A stretch of DNA of 64,000 bases from Mobula hypostoma (Eukaryota). Below the pieces are notes generated by a model, which had not been told where the DNA came from, searched no databases, and saw nothing but the letters and a program-made list of their open reading frames with translations. Made by a program: the position numbers and the translations under genes. The stretch covers positions 61,258,001 to 61,322,000 of the forward strand of contig NC_086108.1 of the NCBI RefSeq assembly GCF_963921235.1, in the 5' to 3' direction. Each line of letters starts with the position of its first letter. Position 1 is the first letter of the stretch. Shown here piece by piece: positions 50,146 through 64,000 of this stretch.

Positions 50146-51861
50146 CTTTAAGAGTTGTGCAAAGGGGTAATTTGATTGCTGACACATTGATTCATTATTT
50201 TACTAGCCACAGCTGTGAGCTGACCATTGACTACATGGAAAAATGGATGTTCGGTTGACAGCTCCATTTGCTTTTCTCACCATAGTGTAAAAAAAATCCC
50301 TGGACACCATTATGGCCCAGACCTGAGATAACTTTACATTTTTAAAGCTCCATTTTCTTTTCTGATCCAAACTCTCTTTTTCCCTTCATTTAGTTAGTTT
50401 TCTGTACTGGACTTGACTCCATTAATTTCTCTATTACTCCGTAAAACACAAAGATGTGAAACAGAGAAAACCGCAAGATCTTCCATTCTACCATTCAAAC
50501 AGAACATGGCTTCAGGTTTTCCTGATGAAGGAATGTTGGCACTAATTCTTGGGACTTCTTCCCCAGTACACAATTTGGCACCTTCACCAAAGAAACACTG
50601 AAAGTTACAGAAGTTGACTCACCATTATGTTCCTATTGGCATTTTGGGATGGGCAATAAATACTGGCTAAAGATGTCTGCACGCTGAAAAAATTAATAAA
50701 TAGCAATACACCATAGACTATAAGGAGAACCCAGTAATGTTTGGGTCACTACGCTGATGTGATTATTTTGCATTTTCTCATGCTTTTTTTTTCAAGATGG
50801 ACATCGGATATTCATACTTTTCTGTGACATTTGAAGCTGAATGTGCACTGAAGAAAATGGAATTTAATTTCTCCATAGTCATTCTTTTCACATTATCTTA
50901 TTGTTTTTATTGAAGATTACTCTCAATAATTGTAGTTACATTGGAATCATTGTCATTTACATTATCAGATAGATTTCTGACAGACAAAAAGAGGTAAATT
51001 ACAGCATGTATGGGTAATTATGCTTTTACACCTGTTGAGTAATCATAACTGAAAATATTAATTAACATGCGATGGCAATGCAAAAACTTCAGTAATCTAA
51101 AGCTGACAAACAGGGATGTGAGTTGGGAATGGGGCATCAATTATGCACGGCAATTGGATTTCCTGTATAGTGCTTTCAATATACCAACATTTTACCACCT
51201 GACAGAGAAGTTAAAATCCATCTCGTATTGCTCAGTAGTGTTGTTGGGTTGATTTACTTTTCAGGTGTTGGTAAATGAAAAGCAACCCTTGAAATAACAT
51301 TTTTTTTTGCTGTCAGAGGCACTAACATTGTTACATTTCTTTTACAACCCTGGCCCAAAGCTTTGACAGCTTTCAGTGATAATGCTGAATCAGTTACTAT
51401 ATCTACTACAACCAAGATGATATGCGGTGATGCACAAATTAATACCGGAGAGATGGTCGTCTATCTGTAATAGAAGCACATAATACCACAAATCCCAAGT
51501 TAGATTGTTTATATTTCTTCAGGGGTTCTGTCTATTCGTGGTAACCATGGTTATCTTATATCACTGTTCCCAATGTATGTGAACAATGAAAACCTAGTGA
51601 AATATATCAGCCCTAAATCCAGATGAATGCTGCTCATACATTATCACTTCTATTTTAAAAATGTTATTATTGCCAATTTCACCGTTCATCCCAGAACAAT
51701 TGGGCAATGGGCATATCCACTAATAATATTAACTCTATTTTAAGTTTAAGTTATAACATTGCTGTGGAGGGCAACAATTCAGTTCAGAAAATATAGAACG
51801 TGTTCGATGTGCATAGGCAGAACAAGAACAGAAAAACTTAATGCAAACAAATGCAAAATAC

Positions 51862-54810
51862 AGTGCATAGAAGCAGGATGATTTGGCAGGTTTATGCATG
51901 GCTGAGAAGCTGGTGCAGCAGGCAAAACTTCAGGTTCTTGGATTATTGGGATCTTTTCTGGGGGAGGTATGACCTGTTCAAAAGAAACGGGTCGCACCTG
52001 AACCTGGGGGGAACTAATATTCTTGCGGGCAGGTTTTTTAGAGCTGTTTGGGAGGGTTTAATCTAATTTGGCAGGGGGATGAGGACCAGAGTGAAGGGAC
52101 TCAGGATAGGACAGATGGTTAAAGCAAAGATAGCATGCAGTCAGACTGTCAGGAAGGGCAGGCAGATGATAGGACATAACTGCAGCCAGCAGGGTGAGTA
52201 CCAATGCATTTGAGATTAAGAAACTGTGAGGGTAAAAGGACCCTGATGACAGTTATATACAGGCCTCAAACAGTAATTGAGATGTGGACTGCAGTTTACA
52301 ACAGGAAATAGAAAAAGTGTGTCAGAAGAGCAATGTTACGATATTCATGTGAGATTTCAACAAACAGGTCGATTGGGAAAATCAGGTTAGAAATGAATCT
52401 CAAGAGAGTGAGTTTGTTGAGTGCCTATGAGATGACTTTTTAGAGTAGTTTGTCATTGAGCCTACTAGGGAACAGCTATACTGGATTGTGTGTTATGTAA
52501 TGAATCAAAGGTGACTAGGGAGCTTAAAGTAAAAGAACCCTTAGGAGGCAGTGATCACAATATGATTGAGTTCAACTTGAAATTTGATAGGGAGAAAGTA
52601 AAGTCTGACATAGTAGTATTTCAGTGGAGTAAAGGAAATTACAGTGGTATGAGAGAGGAGTTGGCCAAAGTACACTGGAAGAGATGCTGGTAGGGATGAC
52701 AGCAGACCAGCAATGATGTGAGTTTCTGGGAAAAAATGAGGAAGGTGCAGGGTAGATGTATTCCAAAAGTGAAGAAATATCAAAATGCCAAAAATAGTAC
52801 AACTACGGCTAACAAGAGAAGTCAAAGCTAACGTAACAGCAAAAGAGAGGCTACACAACAACACAAAAATTCATGGGAAGACAGAGGATTGAGAAGCTTT
52901 TAAAACCCTACAGAGAGCAACTAAAAGAATCATTAGGAGGGAAAAGATGAAATATGAAAGCAAGCTAGCAAACAATATTAAAGTGTAGAAAAAGCTTTTT
53001 CAAGTATATAAAAATTAAAAGAGAGATAAGAGTAGATAAAGGACCTCTAGAAAACAAGGCTGGAGGAATAATAACAGGGGACAATGTGATGGCAGATGAA
53101 CTAAATGACTACTTTGCATCAGTCTTCACTGTGGAAGATATTAGCAAAGTGTCAGATGTTGAAGGGTGTGAGGGAAGAGAAGTGGGTGCAGTTACTATTA
53201 CAAGGGAGAAGGTGCTCAAAAAGCTGAAAGACCTTAGGGTACGTAAGTCACCCAGACCAGAAGGAACTGCACCCTAGGATTTGAAAGAGGTAGTGGTATG
53301 GATTGTGGAGGCATCAGTAATGATCTTACAAAAATCATTGGACTCTGGCATGGTGCCAGAGGACTGGAAAATTGCAAATGTCACTCTACTCTTTAAGAAA
53401 GGAGGAAGGCAGCAAAAAGGAAATTATAGACCAGTTAGCCTGACCTTAGTGATCCCTTGGGAAGATGTTGGAATTAATTGTTAAGGATGAGGTTACGGAG
53501 TACTTGGTGTCACAGGACAAGATAGGACAAAGTCAGCATGGTTTTCTTAAGAGGAAGTCTTGCTTGACAAAGCTGGTGGAGTTCATGAAGGAGATTACAA
53601 GTAGGATAGATAAAGGGGATGCAGTGGATGTTGTACATTTGGACTTCCAGAAACCTTTGAAAAGGTGCCACATATGAGGCTGCTTACCAAGTTAAGAGCC
53701 CATGGTATTACAGAAATGTTACTGGCATGGTTAGAACATCGGCTGATTAGTAGGAGGCAGTGAGTGGGAATAATGGGATCCTTTCCTCGTTGGCTGCCAG
53801 TGACTAGTGGTGTTCCACAGGGGTCGGTATTGGGACAACTATTTTCTATGCTGAATATCAGTGACTTAGATGATGGAATAGATGGCTTTGCTGCCAAGTT
53901 TGCAGACGATACGAAGTTTGGTGGAGGGGCATGGAATGTTGAGGAAACAGGTAGGCTGCAGCGTGACTTAGATACATTAGGAGAATGGGCAAGAAAGTGA
54001 CAAATGAAATACAATGTTGGAAAATGTATGGTCCTGCACGCACTATGGCAGTAGAAATAAATATGCAGACTATTTTATAAATGGGGAGAAAATCCAAAAA
54101 TATGAGATGCAAAGGGACTTGGGAGTCCTTGTGCAGAACACCCTAAAAGTTAACTGGCAGGTAGAGATGGTAGTGAGGAAGGCAAATGCAATGTTAGTAT
54201 TCATTTCAAGAGGTCTAGAATCCAAGAGCAGGGATGTGATGCTGAGGCTTTATAAGGCACTGGTGAGGCCTCACCTTGAGTATTGTGAATAGCTTTGGGC
54301 TCCTCATCTAAGAAAAGATGTGCTGGCATTGGAGAGGATTCAGAGGAAGTTCACAAAGATGATTCCGGGAATGAAAGGGTTATCATACAAGGAACTTTTG
54401 ATAGCTTGGGTTCTGGGATCGCTGAAACTTAGACTGTTGAGGGGGGAACCCATTGAAACCTTGCAAATGTTGAAACGTCTGGACAGAGTGGATGTGGAAA
54501 GAATTTTTCCTGTGGTTGGGGATTTTAGGATAAGAGGGCCCATCCTCAGGATAGAGGGGTGTCCAATTAAAACAAATATGTGGAGAAATTTCTTTTGTCA
54601 GAAGGAGGTGTATTTGTGAAATTCATTACTACAGTCAGCTGTGGATGCCAGGTCATTGGGTGTATTTAAGGCAGAGCTTGATAAGTTCTTGATTGGACCT
54701 GGCAATAAAGGTTACAGGGAGAAGGCTGGGTAATGGGGCTGAGGAGGCAAATAAAGGATCAGCCCTGATTAAATGGCCTAATTCTGCCCCTATGTCTTAT
54801 GCTCTTATGG
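51862..54810 (+). mobile_element. CR1 LINE (ORF1 esterase C-terminus, partly deleted APE, RT, 3' UTR)
   Basis: WLRSWCSRQNFRFLDYWDLFWGRYDLFKRNGSHLN, EPLGGSDHNMIEF, GVPQGSVLG..KFADDTK, PHLEYCE; disrupted. Confidence 0.93.
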
Positions 54811-57800
54811 AAGTTAAATTGTGTTACACTTTATGAATGGTGTTGTAATAAGGCAGGGCAAAAGGGAAGAGAGTTTAATTGTAATATTACAGGACTACCA
54901 AGCATGCAATCATGATCTCATAATGAGGGAAGCTAATAGAAAATATAAGAGAATGATTCTTCCAAACAATTAAATACATTGAAGTATTTTATAAGAACAT
55001 CATTAAAAAGAAGTGAACTAAGAGATAGGAAACCAATGAGAGAAGAAAGCTTAAGGAATATAAGGAATCTTATAAAAGACTGTTTCATTCAGAATATAAT
55101 CAAGCAAGAGTACAAATCCCTAACATAAATGTAGTGAAAGGATTTGAGAGGGAGGGATAATTTTGGTCAGCAACAATCAATTCCTTTATCTTTCCCCCAG
55201 TAAGAGTTGTCCCACTACAGATGACAGTTTTCATTTTTATATATTTGGGAACCACTATTCTTAAGTCCTAAACTCTTTGAACAACACAGTCAATTTAATA
55301 GCAAGAAGCTTAGATTAATTTAATTAACCTAATCTTAATAATTGTTGAAGATAACTTCATCTCATTCATCTGGGGTAGAAGCCAAATTCCAGAAAACAAT
55401 ATGAAAAAGGCAAGAAACCAATGGTCCTTCACTGTATCCCAACTGCTCCCTATTAGAGTGATGTTTATTCCAACAGTTCTGTAGAAATGTGCTGATGCTC
55501 ATTTTATATAATATGTTGCTGTAACTAATCATAATTAACCCAAATAGGGCTTTTGGTGTATTTGAAGCAAGAAATTCAGACACATTCTTCATACCACTAA
55601 GCATGGGAGTGAAGATTAATGGCAATTTTTTTTAAAGGTAATTGCTTACAATTTTTATTAGTGGAATAGGTTCATGGAAGTGAAGAGTTAGTTGGCTTTC
55701 AGTTGATAAAAATATGGGGAAAATGCTCACATGGGAGTTATTTCTGAAGATATTAAAGCAGAATATATTGTGATTTTTGTCATAATTATTTTGGGACACG
55801 TGTTTGTAATTCAATAGTGTATGGACTTAGCTTTTGAAGAGTATTTTACTTGTAAAACAAATGAGATATACTTAGTCCTTGAAGCAGAACAATTAAGTAA
55901 TGATCATTAATGCGCTCATTTAACATTGATAATGAGTCTAACATGTATTTGTCAGTTTGAAAAGACAGGAGATCCAAAATTTATCAACAGAATGGATATT
56001 TGGGTTGGGGGAGGTCTAAATTATGTTATATAGAGACAGAGCATTTCAGAGGTGAGGGAATTTCCTGCATTAAGTAGTTCTCATAACCTTTCTAAGAAAA
56101 CATAACCTTATTGGAAAGATGTTCAGCAACTCTCTTTTCTGTCTTTGCTTAATCAGGCCTGTGATGATTTAGTAAGCATTGAAGCATGACAATGCGTTTG
56201 AAGATAAAAATACCAGCCTTGAATGTTTGAAAATTAACATAAAGCAAAACATTGGAAATATAGGCAATAGAGCTTTGATTTTTTTTTACAGAGTCATCAA
56301 TAATTTTACTGAATCATTTCAGAACTGCCTGATAGCTTGGGAGGATATGAAAGATTCTGTGCAATATTCAAAAACATTGAAGGGATTATGTCTCAGACAA
56401 TAATTTCAAAGTACTTTAAATGGGCATTTATATCATATACTGATTTTGAAACTTTACGTCCAATGTTGCTACTGCATTTGCTTAAACACTAAAATAAGTC
56501 AATGTCTATGGTGTCGTAAGATGCTCTGAGAATATAAAACAACATTTTTCCTTTTCTTCACAATACCTTCTTCAGTAGCACAAAACCACCACTGCCTGAT
56601 TCAGCTTGTCTCCTTTCTTATTTATTTAGATGTTGATGGCATTGTCCTTACGTTCACCAATACAGCAAAACATTCGTACTACATATCATTTGATTAATAA
56701 TTCTGAAGTTGCAGCATTTCAGTAAAAATAATGCTGCACAGAATTTCAGGGATGGCTTGTATTAAAATTGGTCCAAAGCCCCGTGGTAATGAGAGGTCTT
56801 TGGAAATATTTGATTTTAACGTTGCTGGTTCATAATCAAACCTTTGATGAATTGGATCTTTAGTGAGTCTGTGAAGAATAAAAGTTTTTTCATGGCTTAT
56901 CAGTACTTCAAGGTTTGTCAATAAGTCTTGGTGCCATAAGGCACTCAAACAGATGATTTATCACTTGCAAACTGCCAGGTTTTACGATTTTGGGTTTGTT
57001 GTTAGACCTGAGCTAGTTAAAAATAAGCTGATGCTTTTGACTACATTTTACAACAATAAAAAGGAACCAACATATATCAAAATTATTCTTTCCCATTCAT
57101 AATTCCATAGTGCAATTTAGTGAAGATATTTGAAGTAAATGCATTTTTTAACTAATATTGCTAACCCAGATGATATCAAACTAATCAGAATGCAGTTGGA
57201 GTTAATTTTACACATTCACTAAATTTCCTCCCCATCTCAAAGAAACTGAGAATCCACACACAGAATATTTATCACATGATAATCAGATCTGTAACGGGCA
57301 CACAAAAAAACAGTAGGGGAAGGCTCCTCATTATTCCAGCTCTCACATTAATTCAATGCATTTCAAGATGGCAATGTTACTGCCTGAATGCAATCGATGT
57401 GGAAAGTATTTTCAATTGGCTCAACATGATATGATCATAGCAACTTTAAGGTAAATGAATCCCTCACATTTACGAGACTCTAACAGGGCATATAGAACTG
57501 CAAAAAAATACAATCTAGAGATAATTGTCTAGTATTTTATAAGAAAGCATCTGGCTGAGGAAATGCACTCGAATTACTGGCAGCCTATGCTGTGTATATC
57601 TAATGAGGGTGATAGCTAGATCGTGGCAGGTTGGCTCACTGACCTCATTAGGATAGTGGTAGTGAACCAAAATCACAGTTCTGTTCCCATGAGGCATCTT
57701 ACCACTCATAGAATGGAAATAGATTGAAAAAGGTTTGGACACTGGCAGACAGACTTATTGGAAACGAGGCAGTGTAGACACTCTCAGTTTCAACTGGAGT

Positions 57801-58289
57801 GGAGTTTGAAGGATGGATATGGGTTAGGGGTGGGGAGCACTTCTGTTTTCATGATGAGACAAGCCAAAGACTCAGAGCAACATTAAGTTGATAGTGGCCA
57901 GCAGACTGATTTAGTTTGACCGCATGTGTCTGAGAAATCCTGCTGAAGTACGGTGAGCTCGCTCTCAATCCATAATGCAGCTCTTGAGAAATCAGCCCAG
58001 GTGAAGCGGTCAACACCATGTGTTCTATCAACAGTGGTTGTTGGTTTGCAAAGCTGTCCTTTTAACTTCAGGCTGATTATTGCCCGCCAGTTACATTGAG
58101 AACTGAAGACTGGCTTCTGTTTACGGCAAGAAACCGAACAAAGAGTATTGATTGGAAGTAGATCTTACTTTAAAGACTACACTTTGAGCTCTGTAAGTTT
58201 CAGCTGCTATGTCTGAAAGATGAGTTTGGTTAAAAAAAGAAAAGACCCCCCCCCCCCCACCCCGGACACTGAGTATCCATCACAGGACT

Positions 58290-58845
58290 GGACAGAGATC
58301 TTACTCTTCCTTAGCCACAGGAAAGGTCCCAGAGAACTGGAGAACAGTCAGTGTTGCTCCTGTATTTATAAAGAACAATTGAAACAAACCAGGGAAGTAT
58401 ATGCTAATGAGCCTTATGTCAATGGTTGGGAAATTAGTGGAAAAAAAATTCCTAGGTATATAATCTACTTGCATTTGGAAAAGACAGCCTTTTTAGGGAG
58501 TAGTCAGCATGACTTTGTGCAGGAGACATCATCCCTAACAAACCTGGTTGAGGTGTTTGAGATGATGAAGATGACTAATGAGGGTAGGACAGTGAATATT
58601 GTCTATATGGACTTTAGTAATGCTTTTGCTAAGGCTGATTCAGAATATTATGTCATATGGGATCCATGGAGACTTGATAGATTGGATTTAATAGTACTTG
58701 GCTATAGAAAGCAGTGATGGCGGAGCACTTTCTGGTGGAATATTTGTAACCAGTGGTTCTCTGCAGGAATCAATGCTGGGTGCACTGTTATTTGGAGTTT
58801 AATCCAAACAAGTATGAGGTGTTGCATTTTAAGAAGTCAAATGTA
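58290..58845 (+). mobile_element. Old degenerate CR1 RT fragment
   Basis: SQHDFVQETSSLTNLVEVF...VYMDFSNAFAK. Confidence 0.65.
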
Positions 58846-59303
58846 AGACCATAAGATATAGGAGCAGAAGTAGGCCATTTGGCCCATCGAGTCTGCTCCA
58901 CCATTCAATCATGGGCTCATCCAATTCTTCCAGTCATCCCCACTCCCCTGACTTCTCCCCATACCCTTTGATGCCCTGGATAATCAAGAACCTATCTATC
59001 TCTGCCTTAAATGAACCCAATGACTTGGCCTCCACAGCTGCTTGTGGCAACAAATTCTACAGATTTACCACCCTCTGACTAAAGTAATTTCTCCACATCT
59101 CTGTTCTAAATAGACGTCCTTCAATCCTGAAGTTGTGCCCTCTTGTCCTAGACTCCCCTACCATGGGAAATAACTTTCCCATATCTAATCTTTTCAGACC
59201 TTTTAACATTGGGAATGTTTCTATGAGATCCCTCCTCATTCTCCTGAACTCCAGGGAATACAGCCCAAGAATTGCCAGACGTTCCTCATATGGAATCATT
59301 CTC
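58846..59303 (-). mobile_element. CR1 3' end
   Basis: YEERLAILGLYSLEFRRMRRDLIETF...TRGHNFRI; tail tcttatggtctt. Confidence 0.9.
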
Positions 59304-59314
59304 ATTCATAAGGG

Positions 59315-59990
59315 AATCGGTGAAGTCTGGTGAGTAGCAAAGGCCAAGGGCTGGAGAAGAAAGAATCTGATAGGAGAGGAGAGTGCATAACAGAAGAAAG
59401 AGAAGGAGGAGGGGATTCAGGGGAAGAAATGAAAGGTCAGAGTGGGGAATAGAGGAAGGGGAGGGAGAAATTGTCCATAGGAAGGAGAAATCGATATTTA
59501 TGCCATTAGGTTGGAGGGTGCCCAGATCCAGGTGTTAATCTTCCACCCTGAGGGTGGCCTCTTCTTAGCAGAAAAGGAGGCCATGGATCAAAATGTTGGA
59601 TCGGGAATGGAATGGGAATTAAAATGTTTGGCCACCGGGAAGTCCTTCTTGTGGCAAGTGATGGGGTGGTGATCGACGAAACCATCTTCCGATTTATGAC
59701 AGGTCTCACCAAAGTAGAGGAGGCCACATCGGGAACATCAGACACAATCAATGATGCCAGTTGATTCGCAAGTTGCTGCTCGCAATTGTTGCTTCACCTG
59801 GAAGGTCTGTTTATGCCCTGAACGGAGGTGAGGGAGGAGATGTATGGGCAGGTGTAGCACTTAGGCAGCTTGCTGGGAGGGAGATTAGTGGAGAGGGACT
59901 ATTCTCCACTAATTACAGAGGGAAAAATCCCTGCAGGGAGCGGAGGGAGGTGGGTGTACGGATATGTTTAGTGGCAGGATTTCTCTACTG
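59315..59990 (-). mobile_element. Penelope-like GIY-YIG fragment
   Basis: Homologous to 33600-34250 (LYFGETC, VAKHFNSH). Confidence 0.8.
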
Positions 59991-60694
59991 CTTACCTCTA
60001 CAGGTTATCTCAAGGACATATTCACACCTCTCATTCATTCTAAACTCAATCATCTCTTGTGCCTAGACCATCACAAAATCCCATTATATTTTAAAATCCT
60101 GGACAGTTCGCCATCACCAACCCCTTGCACTCTTTTGATGTTTCATATCCAATACATCTCTTTCTTTATTTAACCTCAAAATATCACTCTCTCTTTCTTC
60201 AGTTTGGAGGGCAGAGTTAAGTTGAGGAGTATCTAATGTCACCACTTCTCCCAAGCAGGTGAAGAAGTCCTCGAATTTACTATGGTCACTCAAGTATAAA
60301 GACTAGTCAAGGCGAGGCTAGAAGTTTACTCAAGCAAAAACTGGGGATACTTAGTAGGTCAGGCAACGTTGGGAAAAGAACAAAGTTTATATTTTGTGTC
60401 ATAATCCTTTTCGTCAGAACCTGAAATGAACCTGACCCTTTCACTTCCTACAGATAATGATTGAAGTGCTGAATATCTGCATTTTCTGTATTTGTTTCTT
60501 ATTTCCAGCAATTTCAGATTTTTTTGCTTTTTGTTTATGTTTATGAAATACCCATGTAATCAATCATTCCCATTAGCAAGTAAAAGTTTTATAACTTCAT
60601 AACTATCACGCATTTATGTGAAGCTTCAGTGCACCATCATAATTCTTATCCTCTTTCTATCCCCTTTAGGTACTTATCTGCTACATTACAGGCA

Positions 60695-60925
60695 AGAGGA
60701 GGAAGTTCTTCAGCCAGAGAGCTATGAATCTATGGAATTCATTGCCACAGATGGTTGTGGAGGCCAGGTCACTGAGTTTAGTTAAAGCAGAGGCTGATAA
60801 GTTCCTGATTAGTAAAGGTGTCAATGGTTACGGGAGAAGCCAGGAGAATGGGGTTGAAAGGGAAAATGGTGGAGCAGACTCGACAGCCACATGGCCTAAT
60901 TCTTCTTCTATGTCTTATGGTCTTT
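60695..60925 (+). mobile_element. CR1 3' end
   Basis: FFSQRAMNLWNSLPQ..., tail tatgtcttatggtctt. Confidence 0.85.
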
Positions 60926-61561
60926 TAACATAAAAGGATTCATGTGCAACATCAAACTCATGTCGAGAGACAATTGAAAAAATACAGGCCTATACAACAG
61001 TGTGAGTAGAGGTAGCATCAGGAGTGGGATAATGAATTTTACACAGATACTGATGATACTCCTAAATATTGGTTAGGAGATAGCACTTGCAACTGAATGA
61101 CAAAAAAGATCCCTCCCTCCCAATTCCCTTTCTGGCAAACAACCAATATTTTGCTGCAGGCTTCCAGTACCTGTTCTGAGTGTACATCAGTTCTTTGTGG
61201 CAAGGGAGATTCACTCCTTTCTTTCCCCTATTACAGATAAACTGGCTGAGATTGATGAGACTTTTCCTCAGGGGAAAACACAGGATCAAAGATAATGATT
61301 GCGAAGCTTGCTTCTTTCTAGAGAGAACAGCTTTTTCTTATATTGTAACCAGTTTGTGTTCACCTAAATACAGTGGGAATCAAATGTAATCTAACATGAG
61401 TCAGGATTTGTAACCTACACAAAATCTCAGTTGTGTGAACCCATTCTCAAGAACACGAACAAAGGCCAGAATCAGATTAACTAAAACTTAAAGGCCAAAA
61501 AAAAGTAAGAGCTTTTATTACAAGCTGAACATAAAAGACAAAAGTGATACAAATTCCCAAT

Positions 61562-63835
61562 CAAGTGATCATAATATGATTGAATTCAGTTTCAAATTTG
61601 AAAAGGAGAAGCTGGTATCAAATGTATCGATATTTCAGTGGAACAGGGGAAATTACAGTGGTATGAGAGAGGAACTGGCCCAAGTCGATTGGAAAAGTAA
61701 GCTAAATGGACGAACGGCAGAGCAGAATTGGATGAAATTCCTACAAGAAATAAGGAAAATGCAGGAAAAATATATTCCAAGAAAAAAGAAAATCATGAAT
61801 GGAAAAATGGCACAAATGTGGCTAACGAGAGAGGTTAAGGCAAAAATAAAAGCAAAAGAAACGGCGTACAAGGAAGCAAAAATTAATGGGAAAAATGAGG
61901 ACTGGAAGACTTTTAAAAACTTACAGAAAGAAACTAAGAAAGTCATTAGGAAAGAAAAGATGAATTATGAAAGGAAGTTGGCGATTAACATAAAAAAGGA
62001 TACTAAGAGTTTTTTTAAATATATGAGAGTGAGAGAGTGACAAGGGTAGATACGGGACCGATTGAAAATGATGCTGGAGAAATTATAATTATTAACAAAG
62101 AGATGGCGGAGGTTCTGAATGAGTATTTTGCATCAGTCTTCACAGTGGAAGACATGAGCAATATACCTGATAGCCAGAGGTATCAGGGAATAGAATTAGG
62201 TACAGTCAAGATTACTAGAGAGAAAGTGCTTGGGAAGCTAAGTGGACTAAGAATAGATAAGTCTCCCGGTCCGGATGAGGTTCACCCAAGGGTTCTGAAG
62301 GAGGTGGCTTTGGAGATTGTGGAAGCATTGGAAATGATCTTCCAGGAATCAATAGACTTTGGCATGGTTCCGGAGGACTGGAAGGTCGCAAATGTAGTTC
62401 CGCTATTTAAGAAAGGAAGGAGGCAGCAAAAAGAAAATTACAGACCTATTAGTCTGACATCGGTAGTTGGAAAGATATTGGAGTCAATCCTCAAGGACGA
62501 GGTTATGAAATACTTCGAGGTGCATGACAAGATAGGCCGAAGCCAGCATGGTTTCATGAAGGGAAGATCCTGCCTCATCAACCTATTGGAATTTTTTGAG
62601 GTAACCTCGAATAAGATTGACGAGGGAGAGGCTGTGGATGTTCTGTATTTGGATTTTCAAAAGGCCTTCGATAAGGTGCCGCATATGAGGCTGCTTAATA
62701 AGATAAGAGCCCATGGAATTATAGGAAAGATTTTGAAATGGGTGGAGCATTGGCTGATAGGCAGAAAGCAAAGGGTAGGAATAAAGGGATCCTATTCTGA
62801 TTGGTTGCCAGTTACTAGTGGTATTCCGCAGGTGTCGGTGTTGGGGCCGCTTCTTTTTGCAATGTATATCGATGATTTGGATTATGGATTAAATGGTTTT
62901 GTGGCTAAGTTTGCGGATGACACCAAGATAGGTGGAAGAGCAGGAAACGTTGAAGAAATGGAAAGGTTGCAGAGAGACTTAGTCAGTTTGGGAGAGTGGG
63001 CAACGAAATGGCAGATGAGATACAACGTTAACAAATGTACGGTTGTACATTTTGGAAGAAGAAATAATCAGGCAGATTATTATTTAGATGGGGAGAAAAT
63101 TCAAAAATCGGAAGTGCAAAGGGACTTGGGGGTCCTCGTGCAGGATACCCTAAAGGTTAACCACCAAGTTGGATCGGTGGTAAGGAAAGCTAATGCTATG
63201 TTGGCATTCATTTCAAGAGGAATAGTGTATAAGAGTAAGGAGGTGTTGACGAGGCTGTATGGGGCATTAGTGAGACGTCATTTGGAATACTGTGTGCAGT
63301 TTTGGGCGCCCTATCTTAGAAAGGATGTACTGATATTGGAGAGAGTTCAGAGAAGATTTACGAGGATGACTCCTGGAATGCAGGGGCTAACATATGAGGA
63401 GCGTTTGTCGGCTCTTGGATTGTATTCATTAGAGTATAGAAGAATGAGAGGGGATCTCATAGAAACATTTCGAATGTTGAAAGGGTTGGACAGAGTAGAT
63501 GTGGAAAGGTTGTTTCCCTTGGTGGGTGAGTCCAGGACAAGAGGCCATAGTCTTAGAATTAGAGGGTTAAAACAGAGATGAGGAGAAATTTTTTTAGCCA
63601 GGGGGTTGTGGATTTGTGGAATTCGTTGCCACATACAGCTGTGGAGGCCCGATCATTGAGGGTGTTTAAGGAGGAGATTGACAGGTATCTAATTAGTCAG
63701 GGTATCAAGGGATATGGGGAAAAAGCCGAAAATTGGAACTAGATGGGTGAATAGTTTAGCTCATGGGGGAGCTGCGGAGCAGACTCGATGGGCTGAATGG
63801 CCTACTTCTGCTCCTTTGTTTTGTGATCTTGTGAA
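61562..63835 (+). mobile_element. Relatively young 5'-truncated CR1 with a long open RT frame
   Basis: ORFs 61576-62040 and 62037-63581 (514 aa; GIPQVSVLGP, YIDDLD, KFADDTK) joined by one frameshift; starts at SDHNMIEF, the end of the APE domain; intact 3' UTR. Confidence 0.96.
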
Positions 63836-63845
63836 TTTCATAATA

Positions 63846-64000
63846 CAGGTTTCCCCCGCCATTCGAAGGTAGAGCGTTCCTATGAAACAGTTCGTAAGCC
63901 GAAATATCGTAAAGCGAAGAAGCAATTACCATTTATTTATATAGGAAAATTTTGTGAGTGTTCGCAGACCCAAAAATAACCTACCAAATCATGCCAAATA
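63846..64000 (+). mobile_element. Terminus of a pogo/Tigger-like DNA transposon (runs off the window)
   Basis: TA|CAGGTTTCCCCCGC start after a TA dinucleotide; related sequence occurs inverted at ~35240-35390. Confidence 0.6.

Noticed and set aside
62037..63581. 514-aa ORF as a host or domesticated gene
   Set aside because: Standard CR1 ORF2 fragment with a CR1 3' UTR and many paralogous copies in the window.

Overview
Eukaryotic (vertebrate) intronic DNA. The repeat families (HE1-like V-SINE, many CR1, Rex1, and Penelope elements with the 'acacacaaaatgctggaggaactcagcagg' end) suggest a cartilaginous fish, probably a ray or skate; this is an inference. The only host coding sequence I can support is one 140-nt minus-strand exon (10905-11044) encoding the N-terminal PTB segment of Disabled-1 (DAB1). 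I did not find the neighbouring DAB1 coding exons, so the rest of the window is probably two large DAB1 introns. Roughly half of it is transposon-derived: CR1 LINEs, Rex1/Babar and Tx1 LINEs, Penelope-like elements, an internally deleted chromodomain Gypsy element, three solo LTRs, hAT and pogo-type DNA elements, and SINEs, often nested. Main observations: (1) Penelope-derived minimal hammerhead ribozyme motifs, one with an intact core inside a 177-bp fold-back mini-element with a 16-bp TSD, sense to the DAB1 pre-mRNA; (2) a Tf1/sushi-type self-priming signature in the Gypsy element; (3) three Tx1 insertions within about 20 bp of one target; (4) a composite nested hAT family. Boundaries given with TSDs are exact. 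Boundaries of degenerate repeats are approximate. All family assignments come from reading and recall, not database searches.
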